NCBI GenBank assembly: GCA_020630615.1
Contig: JAHDBA010000015.1
Span: 36 to 55,178, forward strand
Source of the DNA: Myxococcota bacterium
Lineage (GTDB): Bacteria > Myxococcota > UBA727 > JAHDBA01
Reading direction: 5' to 3'
Length of the DNA: 55,143 nt
Part shown: positions 19,477 through 29,830 of the stretch, piece after piece
How the letters are laid out: the number at the start of each line of letters is the position of its first letter
How positions within the stretch are numbered: position 1 is the stretch's first letter
Program-made: the position numbers and the translations under genes
The notes under the pieces: model-generated
What the model saw: the letters and a program-made list of their open reading frames with translations, nothing else
The model's database searches: none
Told to the model about the DNA's origin: nothing

Positions 19477-21237
19477 TTAAGGAATGCTCACCGCATATAT
19501 CTTCACCGTGTCATGATAAGAGCTTCTATCGCGGTGTATGATATAATCCTGGGTTACAAGTGCGTGTGCACCAAACATCCGCCCTCCAGCACCGTGCCAT
19601 CGGAATGATTCCGGGTCTAAAAGCTCTGTCAGAACACCAAAAGTATTCTCTTCTATGCTCGCTAAACTCATGTCTGGTGTGACTACACCTCGCGACATTA
19701 TGATTATTCTGCCTGCATCCATGCAGGTGCTTGGACCGGACTCAAATACTGGCGTTGCACATCCATCGTAAAAAGGTTCGGCCGCAACAATGGAATTGTT
19801 GACAACTGTTATCTGCTCCAGTGTCGTTAAGTTAGAGTTAAAGAAGCTCTTTTCTAAATTGATTTGACTTTGCAGCTGCCAGGTACTGTCGATGTGCTGA
19901 AATATAAATAGGGTGCGGTCTCGAGGAATGCCGTTGTTACCAAGTGTCGCAACATTAACCCACAACTCGAGGGTATGTCCTCCCTCGGACATTGGCTCCA
20001 CAAACTGGAGGCGTGTCCTTGACGATGCAAAATGTGGTTCATGAACACCATCATGATCAACCTCGAGACGAAAATATCCATTGCGAGACCATCCGGATTC
20101 TGTTTCATGCTCATAGAGAGTTAACGATGCCCCTGAACACCTTTCATCATATCTTTCGCAGTCACCACGATCACCTCCACTAAATGCAACCAGATGTCTC
20201 CCGCTAGTATCGATTGCGAATGGCTGGCCAAACTCATACCCGACAACACTATTGTCCGGACTATCGACATAGGGGAAAAAGCTTGTCTTTTGACCAAATG
20301 AAGCTCCAGACAGGTCAAAACTATCAACATAACCGACACCGTTGCAAAAGTCAGCATCGAGCCCATTTAGGCAGTTGCTTTCTATCCCGAGCTCTTGAGC
20401 CGTGAAATATGCATCATAAGATACTAAAAGTGAATTTTGGGTAAGTTCGATCTGCTTAAAATATATTGAATGTTCTTCCTCCAACCAATCAAAGAGTACC
20501 CATTCACCGTCTCGGTAGTTGAAGACGTAGACGCGTTTTTCCCCCGCAGCAAATACAGCCAAGGTGTCACCGTACAGGGCAATTTTATCGCCAAAATTAC
20601 TCCCACTATCAGAAAAAGGACTCTTAATATAAGCAGTGCGTCTCCAATGTTCTCCTTCTCTTTCGAAAATAAAAACTGCACCTGCCCCCGGACAGTTTTT
20701 ATTATTGACATCACCATTGATGACAGAAGAGCAGGAATCGTCGTTTGGGGCAGCAACCGCTAGCCGGTTTCCATCAATACGGTTTTCAGCACCGAACTCT
20801 GGTGATGGACTACTGTAATCTAGGCCGTCAGCGGATAATTCCCACACATTAGACATCAATAAACATTGGCCGTTAAGACAAATTTCTTCATCAGACTCGC
20901 AATATACGGACAAGTCACACCGGTAACCGATGCAAGCATCACAAGAACCGCCGCAGTCAACCTGTTCTTCATCACCGTTTAAAATCCCATCCTGACAGCG
21001 ATTTTGTGTCGCTCTATTCAAATCGGAAGAATCGCGCCCCACATCATTATTAGATACAACTACATCACTGGACTCAACCACATCATTAGATTCAACGACA
21101 CTATCAGAGCTGATTTGGTCCAAATTTGACGATTCAACATTTTCTTCCGAACAATCGTTACCAAGTACCGCCAGTGTCGCCATGGCAAGCATACTCGTTT
21201 TAACGTAGTTTAAGAAAGCGGTAGTTTTTGTGTACAT
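19477..21237 (-). CDS. Secreted or lipid-anchored Cys-rich protein with FG-GAP-like propeller repeats
   Basis: Signal ending LGNDC, Ser/Val/Asp linker, CQDGILNGDEEQVDCGGSC module, and FG...LAVAAP...GAGAVFIF repeats. Confidence 0.75.
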   Translation of the reverse strand: MYTKTTAFLNYVKTSMLAMATLAVLGNDCSEENVESSNLDQISSDSVVESNDVVESSDVVVSNNDVGRDSSDLNRATQNRCQDGILNGDEEQVDCGGSCDACIGYRCDLSVYCESDEEICLNGQCLLMSNVWELSADGLDYSSPSPEFGAENRIDGNRLAVAAPNDDSCSSVINGDVNNKNCPGAGAVFIFEREGEHWRRTAYIKSPFSDSGSNFGDKIALYGDTLAVFAAGEKRVYVFNYRDGEWVLFDWLEEEHSIYFKQIELTQNSLLVSYDAYFTAQELGIESNCLNGLDADFCNGVGYVDSFDLSGASFGQKTSFFPYVDSPDNSVVGYEFGQPFAIDTSGRHLVAFSGGDRGDCERYDERCSGASLTLYEHETESGWSRNGYFRLEVDHDGVHEPHFASSRTRLQFVEPMSEGGHTLELWVNVATLGNNGIPRDRTLFIFQHIDSTWQLQSQINLEKSFFNSNLTTLEQITVVNNSIVAAEPFYDGCATPVFESGPSTCMDAGRIIIMSRGVVTPDMSLASIEENTFGVLTELLDPESFRWHGAGGRMFGAHALVTQDYIIHRDRSSYHDTVKIYAVSIP

Positions 21238-21384
21238 GCTTTTTCTTCCTCGTGATCAGGGAAACATTTAAATTTATGCATAGTACAAAACCGAGAACTA
21301 CGCCAGGTGGCCAATTTACCTATTTATTGTTTCTAAACCTTAAGCGTTGCTTTTAAATGGGGAGTTCAAGATGACTTTCCCCAA

Positions 21385-22359
21385 TCACCACCCCAAAACA
21401 TAAGCAAAGACCAAGGGCGCAACGATCGTTGCATCCGATTCGATGATAAACTTTGGCGTCTCGGGAAGAAGCTTACCCCACGTAATCTTTTCGTTCGGGA
21501 CAGCGCCCGAGTACGAACCATAACTCGTGGTGCTGTCGCTAATCTGACAGAAGTAGGCCCACATCGGGATCCCTTCAAGTTCAAGATCTTGATGCAACAT
21601 GGGCACCACACAAATGGGGAAGTCCCCAGCGATACCACCACCAACCTGAAAGAAGCCAACACCATGCTCCTGGGTGTTGGTTCGATACCAATCGGCTAGC
21701 ATCATCATGTACTCAATACCGGAACGCATCGTCTGTGCTTTCATGTCACCTTGAATACAATAGGATGCAAAGAAGTTTCCGCAGGTTGAATCTTCCCACC
21801 CTGGAACAAGAACAGGAATATCCTTCTGTGCCGCCGCGAGAAGCCAACTGTCTTTGGGGTCAATCTGATACTTGGCTTCAAGCTCCCCACTCAAAAGGAT
21901 CTGGTAAAAATATTCATGAGGTAGATAGCGCTCCCCTGCTGCATCTGCTCGCTTCCACGCACGGCAAAGATGCTCTTCAATGGCGCGCATTGCTTCGGCT
22001 TCCGGAATACACGTATCGGTCACACGGTTGTAATGGGCCTCGAGCAGGTTCTTCTCATCTGCCGGCGACAAATCGCGATATTCCGGTATCCTCTTGTAGT
22101 GCTCGTGCGCAACAAGATTAAAGACGTCCTCTTCAAGGTTCGCTCCTGTACACGTAATACAATGCACCTTGTCTTGGCGAATCATCTCTGCGAGAGACTT
22201 GCCAAGCTCTGCCGTGCTCATCGCCCCCGCCAACGTGACCATCATCACATTGCCGGCTCTTAGGCATTCCTCATAGCCTTTTGCCGCATCGACTAGACTT
22301 GCAGCATTAAAGTGCTTGAAGTGCTCAAGCATGAAGGACGAAATTGAACCTCTTTCCAT
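21385..22359 (-). CDS. Deoxyhypusine synthase-like protein (probable homospermidine synthase)
   Basis: TLAGAMST, CTGANLEED, GGGIAGDF, SYSGA.PNEKITWGK (catalytic Lys kept), SDATIVAPL. Confidence 0.9.
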   Translation of the reverse strand: MERGSISSFMLEHFKHFNAASLVDAAKGYEECLRAGNVMMVTLAGAMSTAELGKSLAEMIRQDKVHCITCTGANLEEDVFNLVAHEHYKRIPEYRDLSPADEKNLLEAHYNRVTDTCIPEAEAMRAIEEHLCRAWKRADAAGERYLPHEYFYQILLSGELEAKYQIDPKDSWLLAAAQKDIPVLVPGWEDSTCGNFFASYCIQGDMKAQTMRSGIEYMMMLADWYRTNTQEHGVGFFQVGGGIAGDFPICVVPMLHQDLELEGIPMWAYFCQISDSTTSYGSYSGAVPNEKITWGKLLPETPKFIIESDATIVAPLVFAYVLGW

Positions 22360-23202
22360 TTATTCAAACCTGTATGAAAGCATTTTATAATAGAGTTTTG
22401 CCGCGAGAAACTGAGGGGCACGCAAGCCCTCAATGGGTGCAAGCTCAACAATATCAAAGCCTACGACATTCTTGTTCTGAAACACCTTACGTAGACACGT
22501 CACCACTTCGTGCCAAAAGAGTCCATTGGGCTCGGGCGTCCCCGTTGCAGGCATAATCGAAGGGTCAAAAGCATCGAGGTCAATCGTGATATAGACATCA
22601 TCACCAAGTAAATCGAGCACTTCGTTCTTCCATGGCATGCCGCTTCGAATATCATGCGCGAAAAAGACCTTCTCCCGATTCATATAAGCTTTCTCGGAAA
22701 GGTCCATGCTCCGAGTCCCGACTTGTACAAGATTGGTTGCCTGACTTGCGTCATGAAGCGCACATGCATGATTGTAGGGGGTCCCACCAAATTCTGCACG
22801 CAAATCTGCGTGGGCATCAAAGTGCAGTACGGATAAATTGGTGTACTTTTCGTAAAAGGCTTTCAACACACCAATGCTCACAGAATGCTCACCGCCGAAA
22901 AAGGTCGGAAACTTTGAAGTGCGCAGAATGTCTTTCGTGCCCTCATAACACTGACGAACCATGTCCTCTGGGCTTTTAAAATTCTTCCATGCGGGTGGCA
23001 TGAAAATTCCACGGCGGAAAACTTCTGTGTCCGTCTCGATGTCGTAAAGCTCCATGTTTTCGGATGCATCAATGAATGCATCGAATCCTTGGTCTGCACC
23101 TTTACCCCATGTGCTTGTCCCGTCATAGGGAATTGACTGCAGCACGATTTCGGCCTGAGAGGCGGATGCCAACGCAGCGTCAATCCCTCCAAATGTTTTC
23201 AT
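22360..23202 (-). CDS. speB: Agmatinase
   Basis: Ureohydrolase Mn ligands GGEHS, FDAHADL and IDLDAFDP, plus TGTPEPNG and DIVELAP. Start ATG 23202. Confidence 0.93.
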   Translation of the reverse strand: MKTFGGIDAALASASQAEIVLQSIPYDGTSTWGKGADQGFDAFIDASENMELYDIETDTEVFRRGIFMPPAWKNFKSPEDMVRQCYEGTKDILRTSKFPTFFGGEHSVSIGVLKAFYEKYTNLSVLHFDAHADLRAEFGGTPYNHACALHDASQATNLVQVGTRSMDLSEKAYMNREKVFFAHDIRSGMPWKNEVLDLLGDDVYITIDLDAFDPSIMPATGTPEPNGLFWHEVVTCLRKVFQNKNVVGFDIVELAPIEGLRAPQFLAAKLYYKMLSYRFE

Positions 23203-23238
23203 GCCCTCTCCTATCGCAACGCAACACACTTTCGGTTA

Positions 23239-24642
23239 TTAATAGCCCAAGATCGACAACATTTCATCAACGCTTTGCTCTTCCCGATACAGGGAGTCGA
23301 TGATATTTCCGTTTTCATCCCGATCCAGGACAATTAGCTTCGGTGCAGGAATCAAACAGTGTTTAATCCCACCATAACCGCTAATCGAATCTTGATATGC
23401 GCCCGTGTGAAAAAAGCCGATGTAAAGTGGGTCGTCGATAGCGTCTTCGAAGGTTGGCAAGAAGAGTTGCTGATTAAAGTCTTCCGAGTTGTAGTAATCG
23501 GAGTGGTCACAACTGATGCCACCAATATTCACTTTCTGGTATTCGCTTTCCCATTTGTTGAGGGGCAAAAGTATGAACTTCTCAAAAATGGACCAGGCAT
23601 CCGGTATCGTATTCATCAAACTGTTGTTCACCATATACCACGCCTCGCGATCGTTCTGCACCTTCTCCTCGAGAACCTGAAAGATAATTGCGCCCGATTC
23701 TCCAACCGTATACTTCCCAAACTCGGTGAAGATGTCTGGCTCTGCGACATTGGCCTCAACACATGCGACTTTAATCTTCGAGACGATTTGCGAGACGATG
23801 TAATCGTAGTCGTACCGAAAACCAAGTCCATTTCGAATTGGGAAACCACCGCCAATATTCAAAGCCCGAATTGATGGGCATTCCTGCTTCATCTGAACGA
23901 AGAGGTTCAATGCTTTTTGAAACTCGCCCCAGTAATAGGGGCTGTCTTTAATACCCGAATCAATAAAGAAGTGAACCATACTCAAGTTCAGCTTTTCATC
24001 ACCTACAATCTTTTCACGAATAAAATCTAGGATTTCCCCAGGCCGAATACCGAGTCGCGAGGTATAATATGCGCTTTGCGGTTCTTCATCCATTGCGATG
24101 CGAATGCCGATATTCAACGTGCCATTGAGTCGTGGTTCTAACGCCTTTACACGCTCCAGTTCAGATTTTGAGTCGAGCACAAGAACCGAGTTTTTGAAGC
24201 CCGCCCTGTTGAGCGCTATAACCTTCTCGAGATAGTCGTCCGTTTTGTAGCCGTTGTGAACCAGAATTGTTTCCTTGGTGAGGTCCCCAGACTCCAGCAG
24301 TCGAAAAATAAGATCGACATCAAAGGACGACGATGTTTCCAGGTGGACATCGGCTCTGAGCGCAGCCTTTATAACATGCGAAAAGTGGCAACATTTTGTG
24401 CAGTATGCGTACTGGTAACGTCCTTTGTAATCGTGTTCTTGAATTGCTGCGCCGAACAAGTTTCGAGCTTTTACAATCTTTTCAACAATGCTTGGTAGAT
24501 ATACCAACTTAAACGGGGCGCCATACTTTTCGATAAGCTTTCTCAGCGAGACACCGTGAAAAGTGAGGAAGCCTTCCTCGCGTGAAAACCCTTCTTGTGG
24601 AAATTCGTAACTCTGACTTATCAGTTCCAGATAGGTGTTCAA
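23239..24642 (-). CDS. speA: Arginine decarboxylase (short alanine-racemase-fold form)
   Basis: YCTK (PLP Lys), YTSRLGI, NIGGG, TEFG, CDHSDYY, HTGAYQ. Located next to speB. TTG start at 24642 with an AGGGGG RBS. Confidence 0.88.
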   Translation of the reverse strand: MNTYLELISQSYEFPQEGFSREEGFLTFHGVSLRKLIEKYGAPFKLVYLPSIVEKIVKARNLFGAAIQEHDYKGRYQYAYCTKCCHFSHVIKAALRADVHLETSSSFDVDLIFRLLESGDLTKETILVHNGYKTDDYLEKVIALNRAGFKNSVLVLDSKSELERVKALEPRLNGTLNIGIRIAMDEEPQSAYYTSRLGIRPGEILDFIREKIVGDEKLNLSMVHFFIDSGIKDSPYYWGEFQKALNLFVQMKQECPSIRALNIGGGFPIRNGLGFRYDYDYIVSQIVSKIKVACVEANVAEPDIFTEFGKYTVGESGAIIFQVLEEKVQNDREAWYMVNNSLMNTIPDAWSIFEKFILLPLNKWESEYQKVNIGGISCDHSDYYNSEDFNQQLFLPTFEDAIDDPLYIGFFHTGAYQDSISGYGGIKHCLIPAPKLIVLDRDENGNIIDSLYREEQSVDEMLSILGY

Positions 24643-24775
24643 AACGCACCCCCTAAGCAAACAAATTTGCAACGGATAGATGCCACAACCAAATCATTCT
24701 GCAAGAAATTTACATAAGTCCAAATATTCGCTCTAGGATATGCGCCTCGGCACTGTGACTTTACTCGAAGAGGAT

Positions 24776-25285
24776 CTATTTTTCAGCCTGCTGAACCCGC
24801 AGCAAGTTGTCGTGATAGGCGATAAGTCGAGCGTTCGCATTGCTATCAACAAAGATAATCACCACAAGCATTGCGATGGCACTCACACAACTTGCTCTCA
24901 AAAGAGGTGATTGAAAGAAGACGATAAGAAGCGCTGCAAGTGCAATCAGAAAGGGAATCACCTTAAAGACGATATTTTTAAACTCACCCATCGACTTCTC
25001 TGTTCTCACGATCTCAGACTCGACAAAAGCTTGAGGGTCCTGGTCGTAAGCGTGCGCAAAACTTGAGACTCTCGACTTGTTCACACCAAAGATTCCTATA
25101 CCTACAACGAGCAAGAGGAGCGCGCAAACCAACGTTGGCACCACAAAGGACTTCGCCACAGCTGTTTGCCCCAGTCTCGAAAAGCCAAAACTTGTCATCG
25201 CGAAAAGCGCCCCTGCCACAACAAAAAATTGCGAAGAAAAAGCTTCGGCCTTGGCCCACTCTGTTGCCGCTTTAAGAATATCCAT
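24776..25285 (-). CDS. Hypothetical membrane protein (4 TM)
   Basis: 169-aa hydrophobic ORF with an AGGAGAGG RBS, directly downstream of an SDR. Confidence 0.75.
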   Translation of the reverse strand: MDILKAATEWAKAEAFSSQFFVVAGALFAMTSFGFSRLGQTAVAKSFVVPTLVCALLLLVVGIGIFGVNKSRVSSFAHAYDQDPQAFVESEIVRTEKSMGEFKNIVFKVIPFLIALAALLIVFFQSPLLRASCVSAIAMLVVIIFVDSNANARLIAYHDNLLRVQQAEK

Positions 25286-25320
25286 TTCCTCTCCTCTTCA
25301 GAGCCTGGGTCCACATTGCG

Positions 25321-26277
25321 TCAAACACTTTCGACAGAGAACGCTTGCCCCGTTTGCTTTTCCGAAAGCGTCCAAAGTCTCGCAGCAACCGCGCGGTCCT
25401 GCGCATAGGGTTTTGGAGTACGCCTTTTCACAGGCCCACTAAAATTTTGAAAACCTGTTGGCCCAAAATACTCTTTTTCATCGAGATTGCTTTCCGTTGC
25501 GCATAAGACTTCAGGGTATGCACCTTTTTCTGCAGACTGAAACATTGGAGTACCCTCCAGAAGGTTCACAAGAAAACGCGTCATGCCTGAACTTTTCTCA
25601 TCAATTAGCGAGGTCTTCGATGCGCCTGGATGGCAGACATACGCTCGCGATTTCTTTCCTGCTCTTTTGGCACGATGGTTGAACTCGTAGGCCACCAACA
25701 TTTGCGCCAATTTGCTATGACAATAGGTGTTGTTGGGATGGTAGTTTTTCACGAAATCCATATCCTCAAACTGCATCGTACGGAGGCCCATTTTATAACC
25801 CTCGCTCGAGCAGACAACGAAACGTCCTGCGCTCTCCTCAATCTTTGGTGCAAGCAGATTCATCAATAAAAAATGACCGTAATGATTGATGCCCAGATGG
25901 CTTTCAAACCCATCTTCCGTTACACTGCGTCTAGCAATCTGCGCGACCGCAGCATTGCATATCAGAGCGTCGATGCGTTCCACTTGGGCCAATGCTTTTT
26001 CGGCTGCAGCACGCACAGAGGCCAATGACGCCAAGTCCATGTTGAGTGAAGAAACGGGGACATCCGCCCCAAAGTCTTTGTGGAACTCCTGAACCACCTG
26101 CTCGGCACCTTCAGCACTTCGGTTCAGCATGACGACCGATGCTCCTTTTGCCAAAAGAATACGGCTTGTCTCCCGTCCGATACCTGTTGTCGTCCCGGTG
26201 ACGATATACGTTTTACCTTCCAGGTTTCCCAAACGCGCTGGGGTCCATCCGTCTTTTCCAAAGTCCAAGGCAGTCAT
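25321..26277 (-). CDS. Short-chain dehydrogenase/reductase (retinol-dehydrogenase/WWOX-like)
   Basis: TGTTTGIG, NAA, NHYGHF, YCHSK (YxxxK), HPG. Confidence 0.9.
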   Translation of the reverse strand: MTALDFGKDGWTPARLGNLEGKTYIVTGTTTGIGRETSRILLAKGASVVMLNRSAEGAEQVVQEFHKDFGADVPVSSLNMDLASLASVRAAAEKALAQVERIDALICNAAVAQIARRSVTEDGFESHLGINHYGHFLLMNLLAPKIEESAGRFVVCSSEGYKMGLRTMQFEDMDFVKNYHPNNTYCHSKLAQMLVAYEFNHRAKRAGKKSRAYVCHPGASKTSLIDEKSSGMTRFLVNLLEGTPMFQSAEKGAYPEVLCATESNLDEKEYFGPTGFQNFSGPVKRRTPKPYAQDRAVAARLWTLSEKQTGQAFSVESV

Positions 26278-26444
26278 GGCCTCAGGCTAACTCTCGCTCA
26301 AAAATCTTTCAATCGCTTTTAGCGAAAGGTGATACATACTTACCTAGACACGTTGCGGTCCAACTTGAGGGCCCTCATCCAGGTCCTGACGCTTGCAGCA
26401 ACCAGGCGATATGTTACCTAAATTGAACACTCTTGGAGCAAACA

Positions 26445-27428
26445 ATGGCCAAAACAAAACTCTTTTATAATTTCAAGAAAACGCTTCCGCGCGTTGATGG
26501 TAAAGTCTTTGTTGTTACCGGCACTACAAGTGGAACCGGCTGGGTCGCGGCACGAACTGTGGCAGAACTTGGTGGTGAAGCCGTCTTACTCAATCGAAAG
26601 TCAAAACGTGTTGATGCAATGCTTGAGTCACTTCAAGCAGAAGTCCCGAATGGGAAGTTCGTGTCTATCGAATGTGACTTGCAAAACTTTGAGAGTGTCC
26701 GCAAGGCTGCACAGACACTACGTGAAACCTATGACTCAATATATTGTCTTTCAAACAATGCAGGGATCATGGCGACTCCCGATGAAGCAACTCTTGATGG
26801 CTATGATACTCAAATGCAAACCAACCACCTCAGTCACTTTCTACTGACAGCAGAGCTTTTGCCCCTCCTTGAAAAAGAAGCAGAGCAACACGGCGATGCG
26901 CGCATTGTAAACCATAGCAGTCTAGGCAGACTCCACACCCCCAACAATAAACTTGAAGAACAATACTTCGGCCAAAATGGTGGAAACCTCGGTGGGAATG
27001 GAGTCAAACTGATGGGTGGAGCCTGCTTTCACAGATATTTTCAGACCAAGCTCGCCAATTCAGTTTTCACCTATGGACTTGCTGACAAACTGAGTTCAAA
27101 AAACTCAAAGGTTCGAGCGGTCTGTGCCCACCCAGGCGGTTCAGATACGAATCTTGCAGACCATATGGACCTAGGCTTTTTCTGGAATGGGCTTATGAAG
27201 GTACTTGGCCCCGCCATGATGCAAACAGCAGAAGACGGTGCAATGGGCCTCCTCAAGGGAATGATGCATCCCGATGCGGAGTCCGGCGTTCTTTATGGTC
27301 CCAAAAACTCTGGCATGCGCGGGGCAGCAGTACCCAACCCACCGAAAGCCTTTGAAAATGACGATGACAGTATTGCGATGCTATGGCGCACAAGTGAAGA
27401 AGCGACCAATGTTTCGCTCTTAGCCTAA
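26445..27428 (+). CDS. Short-chain dehydrogenase/reductase (retinol-dehydrogenase/WWOX-like)
   Basis: TGTTSGTG, NNAG, NHLSHF, YFQTK (YxxxK), HPG; GGAG RBS before ATG 26445. Confidence 0.9.
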   Translation: MAKTKLFYNFKKTLPRVDGKVFVVTGTTSGTGWVAARTVAELGGEAVLLNRKSKRVDAMLESLQAEVPNGKFVSIECDLQNFESVRKAAQTLRETYDSIYCLSNNAGIMATPDEATLDGYDTQMQTNHLSHFLLTAELLPLLEKEAEQHGDARIVNHSSLGRLHTPNNKLEEQYFGQNGGNLGGNGVKLMGGACFHRYFQTKLANSVFTYGLADKLSSKNSKVRAVCAHPGGSDTNLADHMDLGFFWNGLMKVLGPAMMQTAEDGAMGLLKGMMHPDAESGVLYGPKNSGMRGAAVPNPPKAFENDDDSIAMLWRTSEEATNVSLLA

Positions 27429-27611
27429 ACGCACATTGTCAACAGAGCCAACGTATTCAAGCGCAGCATCAACTGCGCTTTTACTCTCTTACGCAACACG
27501 TCGGCGTTCGAACGAGCCCGTCAAAGCCCACTGATTGAATCGTATCGAGGAAGCTCGACTTCCCCAACAGCTCAGCCAACAAAGACAATAGTATGCTAGG
27601 ATGAGAACATT

Positions 27612-28400
27612 ATGATCATCTTACTCTCACCAGCGAAAAGCCTTGACGAAAGCGCGCTCCAACTTCGAAAGAAGAGCACTATCCCTTTTAAAAAAGACAG
27701 CGCTATCGTTGCAGCTGAGATGAAAAAGCTCACGCCCGAAGAACTCCAAAGCCTAATGGGAATAAGCCAAAAATTGAGCTTCCAAAATTTTGCACGTTAC
27801 CAGCGCTTTGCCCCGGACAACTATACATTCAAAAACTCCAAACAAGCGCTATTTCTGTTCAAAGGGGCTGCCTATGTTAGCCTTGATGCCAAAAGCCTGA
27901 GTGAAAACGAATTGGACTTTGCACAAACACACCTTCGGATGCTCTCAGGACTTTATGGCTTACTCAAACCTTTTGACCTTATTCAGCCCTACCGGCTTGA
28001 AATGGGTACGAAGCATCCGGTGGGTGACGCTAAAAACCTATATGATTTTTGGGGCGACAAGATTACCGGGCGTATCAATCAAGACCTGCTTGAGGACTCT
28101 GCGTCGAAAGAGAATCTTATTATCAACCTGGCGTCCAACGAATATTTCAAAGCGGTCAAAAGAGACCAACTAAAGGGTGAACTCCTCAACATTCACTTTA
28201 AAGAATTCCGCGGTGGCAACTATAAAGTTGTTGCCTTCAATGCGAAGAAAGCCCGAGGGCTGATGACACGCTACATCGTACAAAATCGAATCACACAAAA
28301 AGACAAGTTGAAAGCCTTTGGCGAAATGGACTATCGCTTTAACGCCACTCTTTCAACGGAAAGGGATTGGGTCTTCGCCGCACCAAAGCCGTCAGCGTAG
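27612..28400 (+). CDS. yaaA: Peroxide stress protein YaaA
   Basis: LSPAK, LSGLYGLL.P.D.IQPYRLEMG, NLASNEY, AKKARGLM. Confidence 0.92.
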   Translation: MIILLSPAKSLDESALQLRKKSTIPFKKDSAIVAAEMKKLTPEELQSLMGISQKLSFQNFARYQRFAPDNYTFKNSKQALFLFKGAAYVSLDAKSLSENELDFAQTHLRMLSGLYGLLKPFDLIQPYRLEMGTKHPVGDAKNLYDFWGDKITGRINQDLLEDSASKENLIINLASNEYFKAVKRDQLKGELLNIHFKEFRGGNYKVVAFNAKKARGLMTRYIVQNRITQKDKLKAFGEMDYRFNATLSTERDWVFAAPKPSA

Positions 28401-28519
28401 TTGATTTGAAACTCCATAATTCAGCACGAGCATTCAACGAGTCGGCAGTTCTGTGGGCATGTCACGAAAAGACCGCCATGATCGACGTCACCCTTCCTTC
28501 TATTCCAACAGACGAAGTG

Positions 28520-29722
28520 ATGACACGACTTTCCAGTTACAATACTTTCCGGCTTTCTTGGGGCGGGTAAAACGACTCTACTCAACCAGATTCTTAACAA
28601 CCGTGAAGGGTTGTGGGTGGCGGTCATTGTCAACGACATAAGCGAAGAGAACATTGACGCAGCTCTAGTCGAGCGTGGTGGAGCAGAACTTTCTCGAACA
28701 GAAGAGAAGCTTGTAGAGATGTCCAATGAGTGGATCTGCTGCACATTACGTGATGACCTTTTGGCGGAAGTCTCTCGCCTCGCAGCAGAGAGACGTTTCG
28801 ACTACCACTTGATTGAGTCGACCGGCATCTCTGAACCCATACCTGTGGCACAAACCTTTACCTTTGAAGATGAAAATGGCGTGAGTCTCGGCCATGTGTC
28901 TCGTCTTGACACAATGGTAACGGTCGTGGATTCAGCAAGCTTCTTAAAAGATTAGCTCGCAGCAGATGACTTGAAAGATCGCGGCGAATCTCCGGGTGAA
29001 GACGATCAGCGAACGGTGACGGACCTTTTGATCGAACAAGTTGAGTTTGCGAACGTCATTCTGCTCAACAAAAGCGACTTGGTCAGTGATGAAGAAATGC
29101 ACCAACTCAAAGGGATCATAAAGGCGCTCAACCCGGGTGCCGAACTTATCCCAACGACTCGAAGTATTGTCCCGCTGAATCGGGTTTTGAACACCGGTCT
29201 TTTTGATTATGACGAGGCCGCAAGCTCAGCCGGATGGATTCGCGAACTGCAGGGTGAGCACACACCCTAGAGTGAGGAATATGGCATTTCGAGCTTCACC
29301 TACCGAACAAATCAGCCATGCAATGCCCAAAAGCTTTGGGCCTTTCTACACGAGAGTCAAAACTGGGAAAGTGTCCTACGTTCGAAAGGGTTCTTCTGGG
29401 TATCGGAAGACCATCATCTTGCGAATGAATGGGCGCAGGCAGGCGGCGTTAGCAGTATTGTGCCCACAGGAATGTGGTGGGCTGCAGTCCCACAAGAGCG
29501 ATGGGGACACCCGGAAGGTATGCGCCCAGATGAACAAGCGTCTTGGAGCAAAGATTATGGGACCGTACTCAACAACTCGTGTTTATCGGGCAAAACATGG
29601 ACGAAGCCGTAATCCGCGAAAGACTCAACGACTGTCTCGCGATTGACATTGATGTTGATGTGGCTCCTAAAGCATGGGGAGTTAAGGATCACCCCTTTCC
29701 AAAGCTACAGCTGGCACAGTAG
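28520..29722 (+). pseudogene. COG0523/CobW-family zinc metallochaperone GTPase (YciC/ZigA-like) pseudogene
   Basis: Motifs [34 protein letters not shown] and RSKGFFW. Lesions: +1 frameshift near 28532, in-frame TAG at 28953 and 29268, and a 1-nt deletion near 29560 before RTQQLVFIG. Confidence 0.88.
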
Positions 29723-29830
29723 AAAGACCTCTCCCAAAACGCGCGGAACAACCTGGCCATCATGCGGTTAAGGCACGAAACGTATCGCCCAAAACTATAC
29801 CTATTGGGGAAATATTTTTAACGTTGACTC

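Noticed and set aside
28953-29270. Two in-frame TAG codons in the CobW-like gene, suggesting amber recoding or pyrrolysine
   Set aside because: The same gene also has two frameshifts, the TAGs appear to replace different residues (Tyr-like and Glu-like positions), and intact genes here (nrdB, E1, secE, yaaA) end normally at TAG.
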